Virus record (IMG/VR): IMGVR_UViG_3300031521_000021
Coordinates: 52,624-116,623 of that record
DNA from: a virus
DNA length: 64,000 nucleotides
Direction: 5' to 3' (one strand)
This document shows, one piece after another, positions 12,355 to 25,191 of the stretch (positions are counted from its first letter, which is position 1; the number at the start of each line of letters is the position of its first letter). The notes under the pieces are model-generated. The model worked only from the letters and a program-made list of their open reading frames with translations, ran no database searches and was not told the DNA's origin. A program made the position numbers and the translations under genes.

Positions 12355-15300
12355 ATTAAAGAGAATATACAAAAGATAAAACCTCCTTGTGGGGTAATTC
12401 TAGTATATCTAATAGGTATTTTAGAATTAATTCACAAGTGAAAATCTCTGTGGATTATAAATATTATAGGTGACGACTGAGCGTCAAAAGGAGAATTTTT
12501 ATGTTAAATAATGAACAACAAATTAAAAAATTAAATTCACTAATTAATTTGGTGAAACCAGCTATGGAACAACATGATATTAAGAAAGTAAGGGATTTAA
12601 ACAAGCTTTATGTTGAAACTCTTAGTTCTATGAATTGTGCAGTACCTAAAGAAGAAACATGGATTAATACATATCATGAAGGTGTAGAAAGATGGTGTGA
12701 TAAAGAATTTATGGAAGTTTCAGAAAACCCAGATAAACATGGCGAATTTACAGTATCTTTGTTACAGGATTTAGAAAGAATTAAAAGAGATATAAAGGCA
12801 TTATGTAATAAATCCAGTATACCATTAGTTAAATCTTCATCAAATTATGAAATTGATTTTGGGGCAGAACTAGAAAAGAAAAGAGTTGCTAGGGATAAAA
12901 CACAAGAGATATTCAATGCCACAATATTATCAAATGTGCCTTTAATTGAAAAAATGTTGAGAAGCAGATTTAAAGTTATATCTGAAAATAAAAATGGATT
13001 TGAGGAATTAACTATTATTGAATATACTAATAATAGTTATACTCAAGAAATCAGGAAATATACTTTTAAATATGATGAAGTTCAATATAAATTAGGAGAA
13101 TTAGTTGATATCACTAAAAAAGAACTGATTAAATTTGTATTTAGATTTATATCTTTAGATAATGATTACATAGTTTAATGAAGTTAATTAAATTTACCGT
13201 TTTTATTAAATATCAGTTTATATAAGTCATAAATAAATTAGAACAATTAGTTAAATAAAATAAGAATCCTATGTTTAATTGAACATTTAGAGATGTTTAA
13301 CAATGATAATATGGGATTCTTATTTTATAAAATTATAATAGCAATATTAATAATAATTATGTATATATTTTACATTAAATGGTATAATAATAAATATATA
13401 AATTTGAAAGGGTGGATTTTATAATGGATATTAGTGTTTCTAGTGATAATACAGTTACTAACAGACATAAAGAAAGAGTAGAATGTTTACTAAATAAAGA
13501 GAATTTTAAATTAAAAAGTATTTCAGACAAGTGGTTTATTGGAACGTCTGATAGTCATACTGATAGGGTTTATATGGTTGATAAAAATACAAAGCAAGAA
13601 TACTCTATTTGCTTCTTTGATAAAAAATATGGTTATGAATATAAGGTGTTTAAAAGAGAGCCTTTACCAGATTATGTTTATGATAAGATGATAAAACAAC
13701 GTCCAGAATATAAGACAGGGGTTACTGAAATAGATAATGGAAATATAGAAATATTTATTCCAAGAAGAAAGAATTTATTTGAAGAAATTATTGAACAACA
13801 AAAGCTAGAAGATAAGATTTTTAATTCGGGATTGTTTATTTTAAATGTTACATCAATGGATGATATTGATAATAACTCAATTCAAGTAATTAATGGTATT
13901 CATAAATGTATTATAATAAAAATGATGACAAAAAGTGATATTGATGCAACAGTAACCCACTTTAATATATTACGAGAGAAATTCCCTGATATAGAAGTAT
14001 TCACATTGAAATGTAATTCATCTAAAGCAATAATTAGTGATGCATATGATTATTTAGAAAATAAGGGATATAATATTGAAACTGGAGTTAAACCAGTTAG
14101 TTTATAATAAAAATAGAAATGAGGCTATGTAAATGGAAAAGATAAAAACGTTAAGTTATAAAGAATGGGAAAAACTTAGTAATGCAAAAGATAAACAAGA
14201 AGAGTTTAAAAATATTCTAGGTTTAACGGGTAGATATATATTAGGTGATACCGCAGTATCAATTGAAAATTCTGAAATATTAGGAGCTTATAAACACAGA
14301 GAAAATGGCAGAGACTTTTATTATATAGTTGTAAATATACTTAGTAAAGAACATGCTTTTGCTTGGTCTTTATTTGAAGTATTGACTAATGGTGAACAAA
14401 GAGAAAGAGATAAACAAAATTAAGAAGGCTGAAATATGTCTTCTTTTCTTTATTATATGGTGTTAAATAACTTGTAATAAGCTTATAAAATCGGTATTTT
14501 AATAAAAAATATTTCTATTAATTTATTTAAAAAGTATTGCTTTATTGGTAAATAGTGCTATAATTATATTATCAGATAAGGTATAAGCCATTCGGCAGTA
14601 ACCAAAGAAAGCTATTCTTACTTTATAGCTGAATCAATACATATTTAATAAATTAATAGGTATATTAAAATAAGGAGAGTGAAATCATGGGATGGATAAA
14701 CAAAGAAAATTTAAAGGTTAAAGAATTAAATGATTTACATCCAGCAGGAAAATTATTTGAGGGTGTGAATTATGATAGTGTAAAATATTTTAAAGATGAT
14801 GATACAGATAAACTATGGGAAATTTCATTGTGTTCTGATGGAAGTTTTGATAAGAGGGTTAAACAATTAGAGAAGGCACAGAAGGTTAGCAGTTTATTGA
14901 AAAGTTTTGTATTATAAGAGGAGGAGGGATTATTATGGGATCATTTAAAGTAAAGAATAATGATAAATTAAAAGGCATATTTATTGGATTTGTTAAAGGT
15001 GAATATGTGGACTTGTTTACATACTGACAAAGAGTGAGATTAAATATTAATGATGTTGAACTAGTGGAGGTGTTATAAAATGTTAAAAAGAAAAATAGGA
15101 GACAACGTAAATATTAATCCATACACAAATATAACAGGAATAATTATAGATTCTAAAGAAATAACTCAACCTTTTAATTCAAACTATGATTATATTGTAA
15201 AGTTCAATTGTTTAGTTGATATGGGTTGGGGTTGGCAAGAACAAGAATATTATAAAGATGATGAATTAGATAAACTAGAAAAGAATTGGAATATAATTAA

Positions 15301-16798
15301 AGGAAGCAAGTAAAATATTGATATTAAGAGGAGTTGTAAATAATGGACAAAAAATAATAACAAATAATAAAGATAGTTGGAAATTATATTTAAATGGTGA
15401 ATTGATTGAAGATTATAAAACTGAACAGGAATTAAAGAATTTTTTAGCCAATCAAATTATCTATGAAGCTAAATTAATAGCCATTAAAGAATTAATGATG
15501 TATCCATGCAGATATAAGGTTAATGGAAAATATGATTACGAAATTAATAAGGATCAATTGTTAGTGTATAGTAATTGGTATCAAGAAACAATTGAGAATT
15601 GTAAAACGTATGAGAAATGGTGGAATAATATAGATGATAAATTAGAAGAGTTAATGAAATCATAATTTCATTGGAAGTGAGGTAGTAGAAATGAATAATC
15701 AAAAAAGACCACCTAAAAAGAAAAATCAAAAACCTATAACTGGCGAAATATTTTATCCAACTACAGAAGAAGGAAAAAGACTTTTTAATGAAAGTAGTTC
15801 AACAGTAATGTTTGATATTTTAGAAAATAAACTTGGATCAGATGGATTAGATAAGCTTATGAAATTATATAAAGAAAAGAAGGGAGTAAAATAAAATGAA
15901 TATAGATGATTTAGTAGTATATAATAATGATATAAGATTAAGGAAATTTGAAGATGGTAGAAAATACGCAATAATATTAGATGTATATAGAGTTATGTCT
16001 TTAGAAGAAGATAATGGTTATATAGATGTAATTGATATTAATACCAATAGACCAGTTAAAGCTAGAAAAGATTGTTTAATTAAAGTTTATGGAGGTAATT
16101 AAAAATGAATATTAATGAAGGTTATTTAGAACAAAGAAAAATATGTAAGGATATGTATAGTTATTTAAATCAACTTTTAGATAAATTAGATGAAGATACG
16201 TCCAAAGAAATAAATAAAAAACTAGATGAATTTTATCTTAGAATGCAAAATGCTTAACTGAAATAAGTTGTTAAAAACATTGGTTTATGGTAATAAAATA
16301 AATTAAATAATAAATGGAGGAATGAAAATGTTAAAAAATATTAAAACAATTAAATGTCCTATATGTGGGTGTGCTGACATAGTAGAAGAAAGTGTAGAAA
16401 CTAGTTCTCATACAGATGTTCTTACAATAAGAGAGCATTGTAATGGTACTAGATGGGAGTCTAGAAAATTCTTGTGTGGATATAAAACAAATTTCATACC
16501 AAATTTTTTAAGTGAAGAAAAAGATAAATATTGTGACTGTTCAAACGACCTTAAAGTTATTGCTAGAAAAGAGAAAGAAAAACAAGACAAAGAAAACTTT
16601 ATAAAGTTATTAAATGAAAATAATATTTCAGAATCAATAATTGAAAAAGTTAAAAGATATTGCTTGTAAAACTATCATTTTAATAATAAATTAGTGTTAG
16701 TTTTTAGAAAATATAACTTAAAAAGGGTTGTATTTTAGATGAGAATAGCATATAATTAGAATATAAACAAATTAATAAACATTTGGAGGTAATATATT

Positions 16799-17047
16799 AT
16801 GAATAAAAACAAACAAGAAAATAAAAAGAATATTGATGAAATTATTTTTAAATTGTTTGAAACTATGGGGAAATTACAAGGTGATTTAAATAAAGAGATG
16901 AATAAAATAGAAAAGTATGTAAAGAATAGAGAAGAATATAATCCAAATTTAGATTATGTAGAAAGAATGGGAAGCGATATAATTTCTTTAGGAAAAGGAC
17001 TTAATGAACTATATGAAATTAGAGATATATTAAATAGTGAAAAATAA
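16799..17047 (+). CDS. Small helical protein, paralog of 6631..6888
   Basis: Sequence similarity by eye; own promoter TTGTAT(16728)-17-TATAAT. Confidence 0.6.
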   Translation: MNKNKQENKKNIDEIIFKLFETMGKLQGDLNKEMNKIEKYVKNREEYNPNLDYVERMGSDIISLGKGLNELYEIRDILNSEK

Positions 17048-17151
17048 AATTAGTATTAACTTTTTGGCAATATAAGTAAAAAAATACTTGTATTGCTTGG
17101 AAAATTAATATATAATATAGATATAAACAAATTAATATAACAAAGAAAGGG

Positions 17152-18078
17152 TTGATTAATATGAAAGCTAGAACAAATAAGTTACATGAATCAGCAGAAA
17201 ACTTTTTAGATTATTTACATATGAAGAATTCAAGCGAAGGAACTGTGAAGGGTTATAGAAGCAACTTAAATATTTTCTTCGACTTTATAAAGACTTACAA
17301 AAAAGTAAGAATTATTGATAATGAAATAATTGAAAATATAAAACTAACTGACCTACATGCATTTCTTAACTATGCTGAGAAAGAGTTGGCAAATAGTCCA
17401 GCTACTCGTGCAAGAAAAGTTGCTTGTTTGCAATCTTATTACAATTATATATACAAGAAAGCGAAAATAGTAAGTGAAAATGTAGCTGAAGAATTAGATA
17501 GAATAAAAATTCCAGAAAAAGAAGTAATATATTTAAACAAGGAACAATCAAAAAAATTATTAGAATCAGTAACTAAAGCTAATCGAAACTATATTAGAGA
17601 CTTATGTGTATTGACAATATTTTTAAATACAGGTTTAAGATTATCTGAATTACAAGGATTAAGAATTGATATGATAAAAGGGGATCAGCTTATTATTATA
17701 GGTAAAGGTATGAAAAAACGAGAAGTATTTTTAAATGATGAATGTTTAAATTCAATCAACAACTACTTAGAGAATAGAGATGAATATGATGTATCGGATG
17801 AAGATAAGAAATATTTATTTTTATCAATAAAAAAACGCAGAATGGCAAAAAATAGTATTGAAACCATGGTTAAAAAATATTTAAAAATGTCAGGATTTGG
17901 AGAAGAATATCATACACATACTTTGAGAGCGAGTTTTTGTACTAATGTATATAATAGTGGAAAAGTAGGAATAAAAACTGTGCGTGACCTTATGGGACAT
18001 TCTAGTATATCTACTACACAAAAATATTTAGGGGTTACAGACGAAGATAAGAGAAATGCAGTCAAGAATATATATTAA
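17152..18078 (+). CDS. XerC/XerD-family tyrosine recombinase, catalytically intact
   Basis: SAM-like N-terminus; GLRLSE (R), GKG (K), HTLR (HxxR), MGH and TQKY (Y). Confidence 0.92.
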   Translation: MINMKARTNKLHESAENFLDYLHMKNSSEGTVKGYRSNLNIFFDFIKTYKKVRIIDNEIIENIKLTDLHAFLNYAEKELANSPATRARKVACLQSYYNYIYKKAKIVSENVAEELDRIKIPEKEVIYLNKEQSKKLLESVTKANRNYIRDLCVLTIFLNTGLRLSELQGLRIDMIKGDQLIIIGKGMKKREVFLNDECLNSINNYLENRDEYDVSDEDKKYLFLSIKKRRMAKNSIETMVKKYLKMSGFGEEYHTHTLRASFCTNVYNSGKVGIKTVRDLMGHSSISTTQKYLGVTDEDKRNAVKNIY

Positions 18079-21016
18079 GATAGAAAGGAGAATTATATGA
18101 ATATCAAAGAAAGCGTTGAACAAGGAAAATTAATGAGATACTGTGCAACAAGTATACATGGTTATGTAGATATATTTGATAGAATTGAAGATATATATAT
18201 GGGGTATCATTTTGCTTACTATGATAAGATTGAAGCTGAAGAATATAGTTATAAACTTGAAGAAAAATATCAAGATAACTTAAAATAAATCTTTTATTTG
18301 GATATAATAGGAAAATAAAATTATGATATAATAATAGAATGAGGGGGTGAATATTTAATGTTAAAACCAATAAAAATAAATCCTTATACATTACATTATG
18401 ATAATGGATTTTCAAAGGTAAAAGAAATCAATGAAGAAGAACGATTATACTATAAAGAATGTAATGATAGATTTGGATTTACTTATGTAATATATAATAC
18501 AATCAGTCATGAAATTATAATTGATGGTGACGAGTATACAATAGTAAATGAAAATAATGTGGATATAATTAAAGCCATTGAAAAATGGGCAGATGTAAAA
18601 ATAGAAGAACTAAAAGGGAAAAAGTATTTAACTAAAATAATAAATGGAGAAAAATGTGCCTTATTTTAAAATTAAGGGAGGATAATAAAGTGCTTACAAA
18701 TATAATTAAAAAACAAATAACAATAGACTATATCGAAGAATGCTTTTTTCAACGAAAAGCAGAATGGGAATATTTAAAAGAATATGATATAATATTTGAC
18801 AATATCTTAGTAAATGCTATAAATATGATAAGACTAAAAAATCCTGAAGGATCACTTTCAGAAAATATTCAAGATTATATTACAAATAAATTTTATAAAA
18901 ATACTCATGGAGTTAGTAAAAGATACTCAAATAAAAATAAGAAAGTAAAATAGGAATTTTAAATGGAATATTATGGTATAATTAAGGTTATAATATTAAA
19001 AAAATATATGGAGGTTATACAGATGTTAGATAAAAGCACATTGAAATATTTAATTGATTCAAGCTTAATTATGTTTGCCAAGGAATTATTAAGAGATAGT
19101 AATGAAATTTTTAAAGATTATAATGAAGGAGATTCTATTCCTGATTTACTAGAAGAAAATGAGACATTATCAACACTTGTATCGGATTTAGAAGAAGTTA
19201 TAGATGGATTAGAGAATTTGGATAATTGTGAATTATATACTGAACATACCGAAGAGTTATATCATATAAGTCAAGACCTTGAGTTTGATAGAATTGAAGA
19301 TAAAAATGACTTTGAAGAGACTTTAAATGAATTGATTTCAGCATTAAGAAAAATAGATATATAATAAATAGGAGGGGATTTAAAATGAAAGTATATGAAG
19401 CGAAGGCATGGTTTAATAACATTGAGATTAGAAATTATGAAGTTACAAAAGATACTGAAAAACAAATAAGATTTGAAAATGGAAGAACTTTAAATAAATC
19501 TGTAATTGGGAATTGTGATAGTGTTGGAACTGGTTACGGTTATACATTAGATGAAGCAGTACAATCAGTTAAAAATAATATAATCAATGAAATATCGGAA
19601 TGCGAAGCTAAAATAAAAAGATTAAAAAAAAAATTAGAACTTCCAATAATGGAGAAATAGTTTTGACTTAAAAATCTGATTTTAAAGCATTATTGAAAAT
19701 AATTATCAATTAATAGGAGGAGATAATAAATGAATCATGAAAAAGGTAAATATTATAAAATTATACTGGATTTAATGGGAGTAAATTCAATAACTATAGA
19801 AGGTGGTATACCTTATCTATTTAAAGAACAGATTAAAGGGATATATAAATCTGTAGCTCATTATTTCAAAGAACCTCATAGAGTAGATATTGAAGAGTTT
19901 AAGTTTTCAATGAGATGGGCTTTAGCTGATGTATTTGGTGGAGGGTGTGAAGTTGAAGAACCTATAGATTTATTTGATGATATTAATAATGAAGATGATA
20001 AACGTTGTGACTTTTGTTTAAAAGAACCTAGAAACAATAAATTAAGTGATACTGTGGTGAATGGAAGCAACTTTAAAATATGTGATGAATGTCTAATAAA
20101 ACAAAAGAGCTTTTAAAATCTTAGATTTATTGATAGTTATTATCAATTAGAAAGGAGAAAATGAAAATGATTATATATGTAGCAAGTAATGGGGAATATG
20201 AGGGAAGATATAATAGTTACGTTGGAGAAGATATAAAACAGGCAATACAAGTATTAGTTAATGAATCAGAGGACATGGATAGAATTGAAGCTTGGGAAAA
20301 TGGTAGACAAATATGGGAGTACTGGTGTATTGGAATCACAAAAAAATCATCTATAGATGAAATCCTAAAAGATATTGATAAAAATATATAGCTTTAAAAT
20401 GTTACTTTCATTCAAACTAAAATATCCTTTCTTTAATAATTAATAGACATACATAATAAATTAAAAGAAATTAACATTATGTGAAAGAGGAAATTAAAAT
20501 GATAAATAATATAGTAAACTTGAAAATGAATAATGGAATCAATGTAAAGGTAGATAAGGGAGATATAAAAGTAAGTCAGTATGAAATTCAAGAGCATATT
20601 GAGGATTTGTTCAAGCATAAAAAACGATACAAATCAAAAGAAATCATAAGGCTTAGTGATATATGTGATTGTATGTGGAATATAATGTTTTGTGGTATAA
20701 ATAAAGAGAATAGAGAAATGTCCTTTAAACTATGTTAGAATATAGAAAATATATTTTGCGAGGAGATTAATTATGATACGAGAAGGTACAAAAGTAGAAG
20801 GCATAAATATGAATGGTATTCAAATTGAAGTCACAGTAGAAAATGTGTTAAATATGTTTCAAGTAGCAATTGTAAAAACTGGTGAAGATAGAACTAAAAC
20901 AACTGAGACATATATTAGCGAACTAGAAGAAATAGAGTAGATTTAAATGAATATTTTATCTACAATTAGGAAATAAGCTAGAGACGTTAAAATTTTCTCT
21001 AGCTTTTTAAATTTAA

Positions 21017-21310
21017 TTAAATATAAAATTCAAAATGTTCTTGAGCTACATCTTCATAATTCACTTTATTTTTCTTCATACAATTATTTATTTCACAATA
21101 ATTGCATGAATGAAAGAGAATATCTTTTGGACAGATATTCAATGCAATAGCAATATCTAATAAGGTAGATAGTCTAGGAGAACGATTACGAACTATATTA
21201 TCAGCTTCTAGCATTGCGATATATTGTTGACTTACTCCTATTTTTTCTGCAAGTTGAGATTGTGTCATTCTTCTTAATATTCTATATTTTTTTATATACA
21301 ATATATACAT
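21017..21310 (-). CDS. XRE-family HTH regulator with Cys-rich tail
   Basis: MTQSQLAEKIGVSQQYIAMLE...PRLSTL..IA.AL; C-terminal CxxCxxxxC. Confidence 0.88.
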   Translation of the reverse strand: MYILYIKKYRILRRMTQSQLAEKIGVSQQYIAMLEADNIVRNRSPRLSTLLDIAIALNICPKDILFHSCNYCEINNCMKKNKVNYEDVAQEHFEFYI

Positions 21311-21322
21311 AACATCACCACT

Positions 21323-21373
21323 TTCGACAATATTCTATGGTTAAAAATAGTATATCATGAATAAAATGTCGAA
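21323..21373. promoter_or_regulatory. Pair of Spo0A boxes upstream of the XRE gene
   Basis: TTCGACA at 21323-21329 and TGTCGAA at 21367-21373 match TGNCGAA. Confidence 0.55.
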
Positions 21374-21540
21374 TCAAGTGGAAAATACAACCAATTATGA
21401 AAAATACAAATAACATTACAACGGCTGGTTGTACTATAGAGTACAAAATAGGTATATAATGAATATAGTGTTAAAAAAATAACAGGATGATAATGAAAAT
21501 ATACAGATAAAGAAATATCATAAATACCGATAAAAATAAC

Positions 21541-21597
21541 TTTACAGAACAAACGTTTGGTAGTAAAATATAATTAAGGATATAGAACAGACATTCG
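21541..21597 (+). promoter_or_regulatory. Putative LexA-repressed promoter
   Basis: TTTACA-17-TAAAAT with GAAC-AAAC-GTTT in the spacer (21547) and GAAC-AGAC-ATTC at 21585. Confidence 0.6.
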
Positions 21598-21649
21598 TAT
21601 TAAATTATGGAAATAAAAAAGACTAGATATTAATATTAATATCCAATCT

Positions 21650-21859
21650 TTATGGCATATCTTTTTTAAATTGTATTAAGTCACAAACATCACAATTAAA
21701 ATATGTACAAAGTATATTTATATGTTCTCTTACTAAATGTTTAAAAGTATTACTCGCATAGCTACTTATCGTTCCTTGTCTTATTCCAGTAGCTTTAGCT
21801 AATTCTTTTTGATTTAGTTCATATTCTGCTATTAAAATATGAAGTCGCATTTTAACCAT
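21650..21859 (-). CDS. Small Cro/C1 (XRE) HTH regulator
   Basis: LNQKELAKATGIRQGTISSY...LCTYFNCDVCDLI. Confidence 0.88.
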   Translation of the reverse strand: MVKMRLHILIAEYELNQKELAKATGIRQGTISSYASNTFKHLVREHINILCTYFNCDVCDLIQFKKDMP

Positions 21860-22444
21860 TCGTTTGATTTCAACTCCTTTATATCTATTTTAAACTATAT
21901 TGGATAATCTTTACACCAGTTTACAAAACCTAATCCGATTATCGTATAAAATATCCGAATAATGGATTGAATTATAAATAATAATAAAGAAAATATAGGT
22001 ATGAATATTATGGGAATATAGTTTAAAAATAACTTGACTATTTATATTAATTTGTTATACAATGAAATTACAAGAAAGTTATATGCATTAATTTGTTTAT
22101 ATAAATATTAAAAATAAAAGGGAGAGATTAGTATATGGAAATGAGAATTGAAAAAATGGGACAAGAATTAGGACAAGTAATAAGTATGGATGAATTTGAG
22201 TCCTTTCTATGGGGTAGTGAATTGGGAATACGAGTAATAAAGGAAAACAATATACCAAAAGAAATAGAAGTTGAAGAAATTATGGATAAATTAAATTTAG
22301 ATACAATTCAAGAAATTTATTACATAAAAGAAAACAATTCAGTTAAAATTTTATTCGTAAATGGTTGTATTCATGAACTTGAAAGAGTATAATTTAATTA
22401 AAGAAAATAAATTAAGCAAAGATTAAAATATCTTTGCTTTTTTG

Positions 22445-22473
22445 TTGCAATTATTTTTAATTTGTTATATAAT
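22445..22473 (+). promoter_or_regulatory. Promoter of the DGQHR-like / recombinase-fold operon
   Basis: TTGCAA-17-TATAAT with TTAATTTGTT in the spacer. Confidence 0.6.
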
Positions 22474-22530
22474 ATAATCATAGAAATAAATTATTTGAAA
22501 ATAACAAAATTTAATAGAGGTGAATTAATT

Positions 22531-23928
22531 ATGGAAGTAAAAACAATTAAAGAACTAATACCAGAAGAAAAACAATTTGATGTAATAGATAAAATAGTAG
22601 AAGAAGAATATGGAAATCAAAAATTAATAGATGCATTGATGGTTAAATTTAAAGAAAAGGGATTCCAAATTAGAATGGCTACAGCTTTACTAAGTGGAGA
22701 TAAGCAATGGAGTGATATTCCTGAACTTGTTAAAGTAGCCTTTGTTGAAAGTGCAAAAGAAGGTTTAGAATGGGAAATACTAGATGCAAACAAATGGTTT
22801 ACAAATGATATATTGGCAAGTTATGATACAACAATAAATGATGAACCTAAGAAAGATGTATTAAGTTTTAAAAATGCAATAAAAATAGATGACTTTAATT
22901 ATCTAATATATTGGGATTTAAAAAGTATATATGTTGGATTTAATAATGAATTATATATTTATAATTATGAAACTCAACGTGAGCCAGAATATAAAACAAT
23001 AGGAACGAGAAAAAAACCTATAATGACTTATTCATTAAATCCAAAAGCCGTGGATGAGATAGCTAGAGATATAATTAGTGGCGAATATGAAGAAGATATG
23101 TTAATATATAATGTTCTTTTAAAGAATCAAAAAATAACACCACAAGTAAGTATTAAAGAAACAAAACAAGAAGGAATTGTTGATATTGAAGTTGTTCCCA
23201 ATTATCAAAGAAATTCTAAAAACTATACAATTGTAAACCCTTTGGATGGATGGCACAGAACTCAAGCTGGAATTAGGGCATATGGAATAGCATTAAAGCA
23301 AGGTATTGAATTGAAAAGAGGATTTCCATTAAAGTTAGTAATGAGAGATTTAAAAGGTGCAAAACATATCGTAGACCAAATATTCAAAAGAAATGATACC
23401 AGTAGACAATGGACTCACAATTTGGCTAGTACTGATTATAATGAATTTATAGAATTATTAATTAATTCATCTAAAATACTTCAAGGTAAAGTTGTTACAA
23501 CATATGATGAATACATGGCAATTCCTAGCATAACTTATTCTTATATATTAAGTGTTGCTACAGAAAGATTTACAACTATTCCTGTAAATAGTAAACTTCA
23601 AAGAAAAATGGTTGCAGAAGGCATTGCTAATATTATTGATATGATTTTTGATTATCTATTGATGAAATATAAAGATATGAAAAATTTGATAGAACAGACT
23701 CATCTTGTAGAACCGAATGTTTTTGTAGGTTATTTAGCTATAGCCGAACAAGTAAGAGAGCATGAAGACAAGTATGAAGATTATGTAATTAAAATAGGTG
23801 AAAAATTATGTTTATTAACAGAAGAACAACTAAAACCATTAAAATTAACATATAAAAATTTTAATTCTCAAGATGTGTATAAATTTTTTGAAAAAATTGC
23901 TAAAGAGGTGATTAATAGTGAAGAATAA
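22531..23928 (+). CDS. DGQHR/DndB (ParB-Srx fold) protein, SPbeta YopQ-like by context
   Basis: YETQRE and PLDGWHRT motifs; RBS gaggtg before ATG 22531; coupled to recombinase-fold gene. Confidence 0.6.
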   Translation: MEVKTIKELIPEEKQFDVIDKIVEEEYGNQKLIDALMVKFKEKGFQIRMATALLSGDKQWSDIPELVKVAFVESAKEGLEWEILDANKWFTNDILASYDTTINDEPKKDVLSFKNAIKIDDFNYLIYWDLKSIYVGFNNELYIYNYETQREPEYKTIGTRKKPIMTYSLNPKAVDEIARDIISGEYEEDMLIYNVLLKNQKITPQVSIKETKQEGIVDIEVVPNYQRNSKNYTIVNPLDGWHRTQAGIRAYGIALKQGIELKRGFPLKLVMRDLKGAKHIVDQIFKRNDTSRQWTHNLASTDYNEFIELLINSSKILQGKVVTTYDEYMAIPSITYSYILSVATERFTTIPVNSKLQRKMVAEGIANIIDMIFDYLLMKYKDMKNLIEQTHLVEPNVFVGYLAIAEQVREHEDKYEDYVIKIGEKLCLLTEEQLKPLKLTYKNFNSQDVYKFFEKIAKEVINSEE

Positions 23929-25081
23929 ATATTTTGTAGGAAAAGAATATCACACATTAAAAGAAAAAAATGACATTTTAGAAAGTTATGATAAACTATA
24001 TAAAAATAAACTAGATTTTTTAAATGAATTATATGATAATCAAAATACTTTGAAAAGATTATGGTCTACTTATATAAGACATATTCATCAACATGAATTA
24101 TTATTAGAAAAAGATGCTATGTTTTTTGATGAAAATGAAGTAGATGAAGTTATAGCAAGCAAATTTACCTATTCATCTTCAACTAAACAAGGAATGTTAT
24201 TCTTCATTAAAACTTATAAAACTTGGGGAATGGACAGAGGAGATATCCAAGGAAATAGTGCCGAAACATTAAATAAGAAAAATACAACTAAAACTTCAAA
24301 GAAAATTTTAGAAAATAAGTTATGGGGATTAGGAGAATTTTATAATCTATTGGTAGAAATAGAAAAGAAATCTACTTTTATTGGTGGAATAGCATTTCTT
24401 TTAGTTAGATATGGAATCGCAGGAAAACAATTAATTTATACTAGAAATGTTAGATGGGAAGATATTGATTATGAAAAAAAACAAGTTCATATAATTAATG
24501 AGAATGAGAAACTTGTTAGAATCGTTGATGTAGATGATAGATTTTTAGAATGGATAGATAAATATAAGAATGAAAAGTATCCAGCAGGTATTTCTTCAGG
24601 ACGTATAATAGAAAAATCAAAACATTCTAGAAATGGAGATATAATTGAAAATTATAATACTATGAATAATAGAACTTTTAAAATTGCTAAAGATTTAATG
24701 ATACCTAGAATATCTTTTGGAGATGTATTTAAATCAAGATATATGGATATGTTATTAGAAATTAGAGCAACTAGAAGATTAACCACAGATGACTTTGAAT
24801 GGGTGTTAATGAATTTTAGTGATAAATCTGCTAATATGACGATATATAATCTAAGAGAAATGTATGAGACAATAGCAAAAGAAGATGTTATAATGAAAAA
24901 TAATTTAAGTCAGCCAACAAAATCACTTAAAGATCCCCATGCAAAAGAATTTGTAGAGAAATTACGCAAAGAAATGGGATATGAGGAATTTATAAATGGT
25001 GAAGATAAGTTTAACAACAAAGAAATAGAGTCAGAAGTACAAAAAGAAGTAAGTGCTGATTTAGATAAGGTTGAAAATTAG
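23918..25081 (+). CDS. Tyrosine-recombinase-fold protein with degenerate active site; candidate master repressor (YopR/MrpR-like)
   Basis: LLVRYGIAGKQL..VRWEDIDYEKKQVHI integrase-like segment; no canonical HxxR/GH/Y set visible. Confidence 0.6.
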   Translation: MKNKYFVGKEYHTLKEKNDILESYDKLYKNKLDFLNELYDNQNTLKRLWSTYIRHIHQHELLLEKDAMFFDENEVDEVIASKFTYSSSTKQGMLFFIKTYKTWGMDRGDIQGNSAETLNKKNTTKTSKKILENKLWGLGEFYNLLVEIEKKSTFIGGIAFLLVRYGIAGKQLIYTRNVRWEDIDYEKKQVHIINENEKLVRIVDVDDRFLEWIDKYKNEKYPAGISSGRIIEKSKHSRNGDIIENYNTMNNRTFKIAKDLMIPRISFGDVFKSRYMDMLLEIRATRRLTTDDFEWVLMNFSDKSANMTIYNLREMYETIAKEDVIMKNNLSQPTKSLKDPHAKEFVEKLRKEMGYEEFINGEDKFNNKEIESEVQKEVSADLDKVEN

Positions 25082-25191
25082 GTTGGAGCAAGTATCCATC
25101 CTTTTTTTGTTTGATTATATGGCTTAAACACTAGATTTGTGAGGGTATTAAAATAAATTAATATAAATATGAATTATTTTTAGAAAAAGTG

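Noticed and set aside
22531-23928. Dnd phosphorothioation system
   Set aside because: Only a DGQHR-like motif; no dndA/C/D/E neighbours
23918-25081. Active prophage integrase
   Set aside because: Canonical catalytic motifs are not recognisable, unlike in 17152..18078
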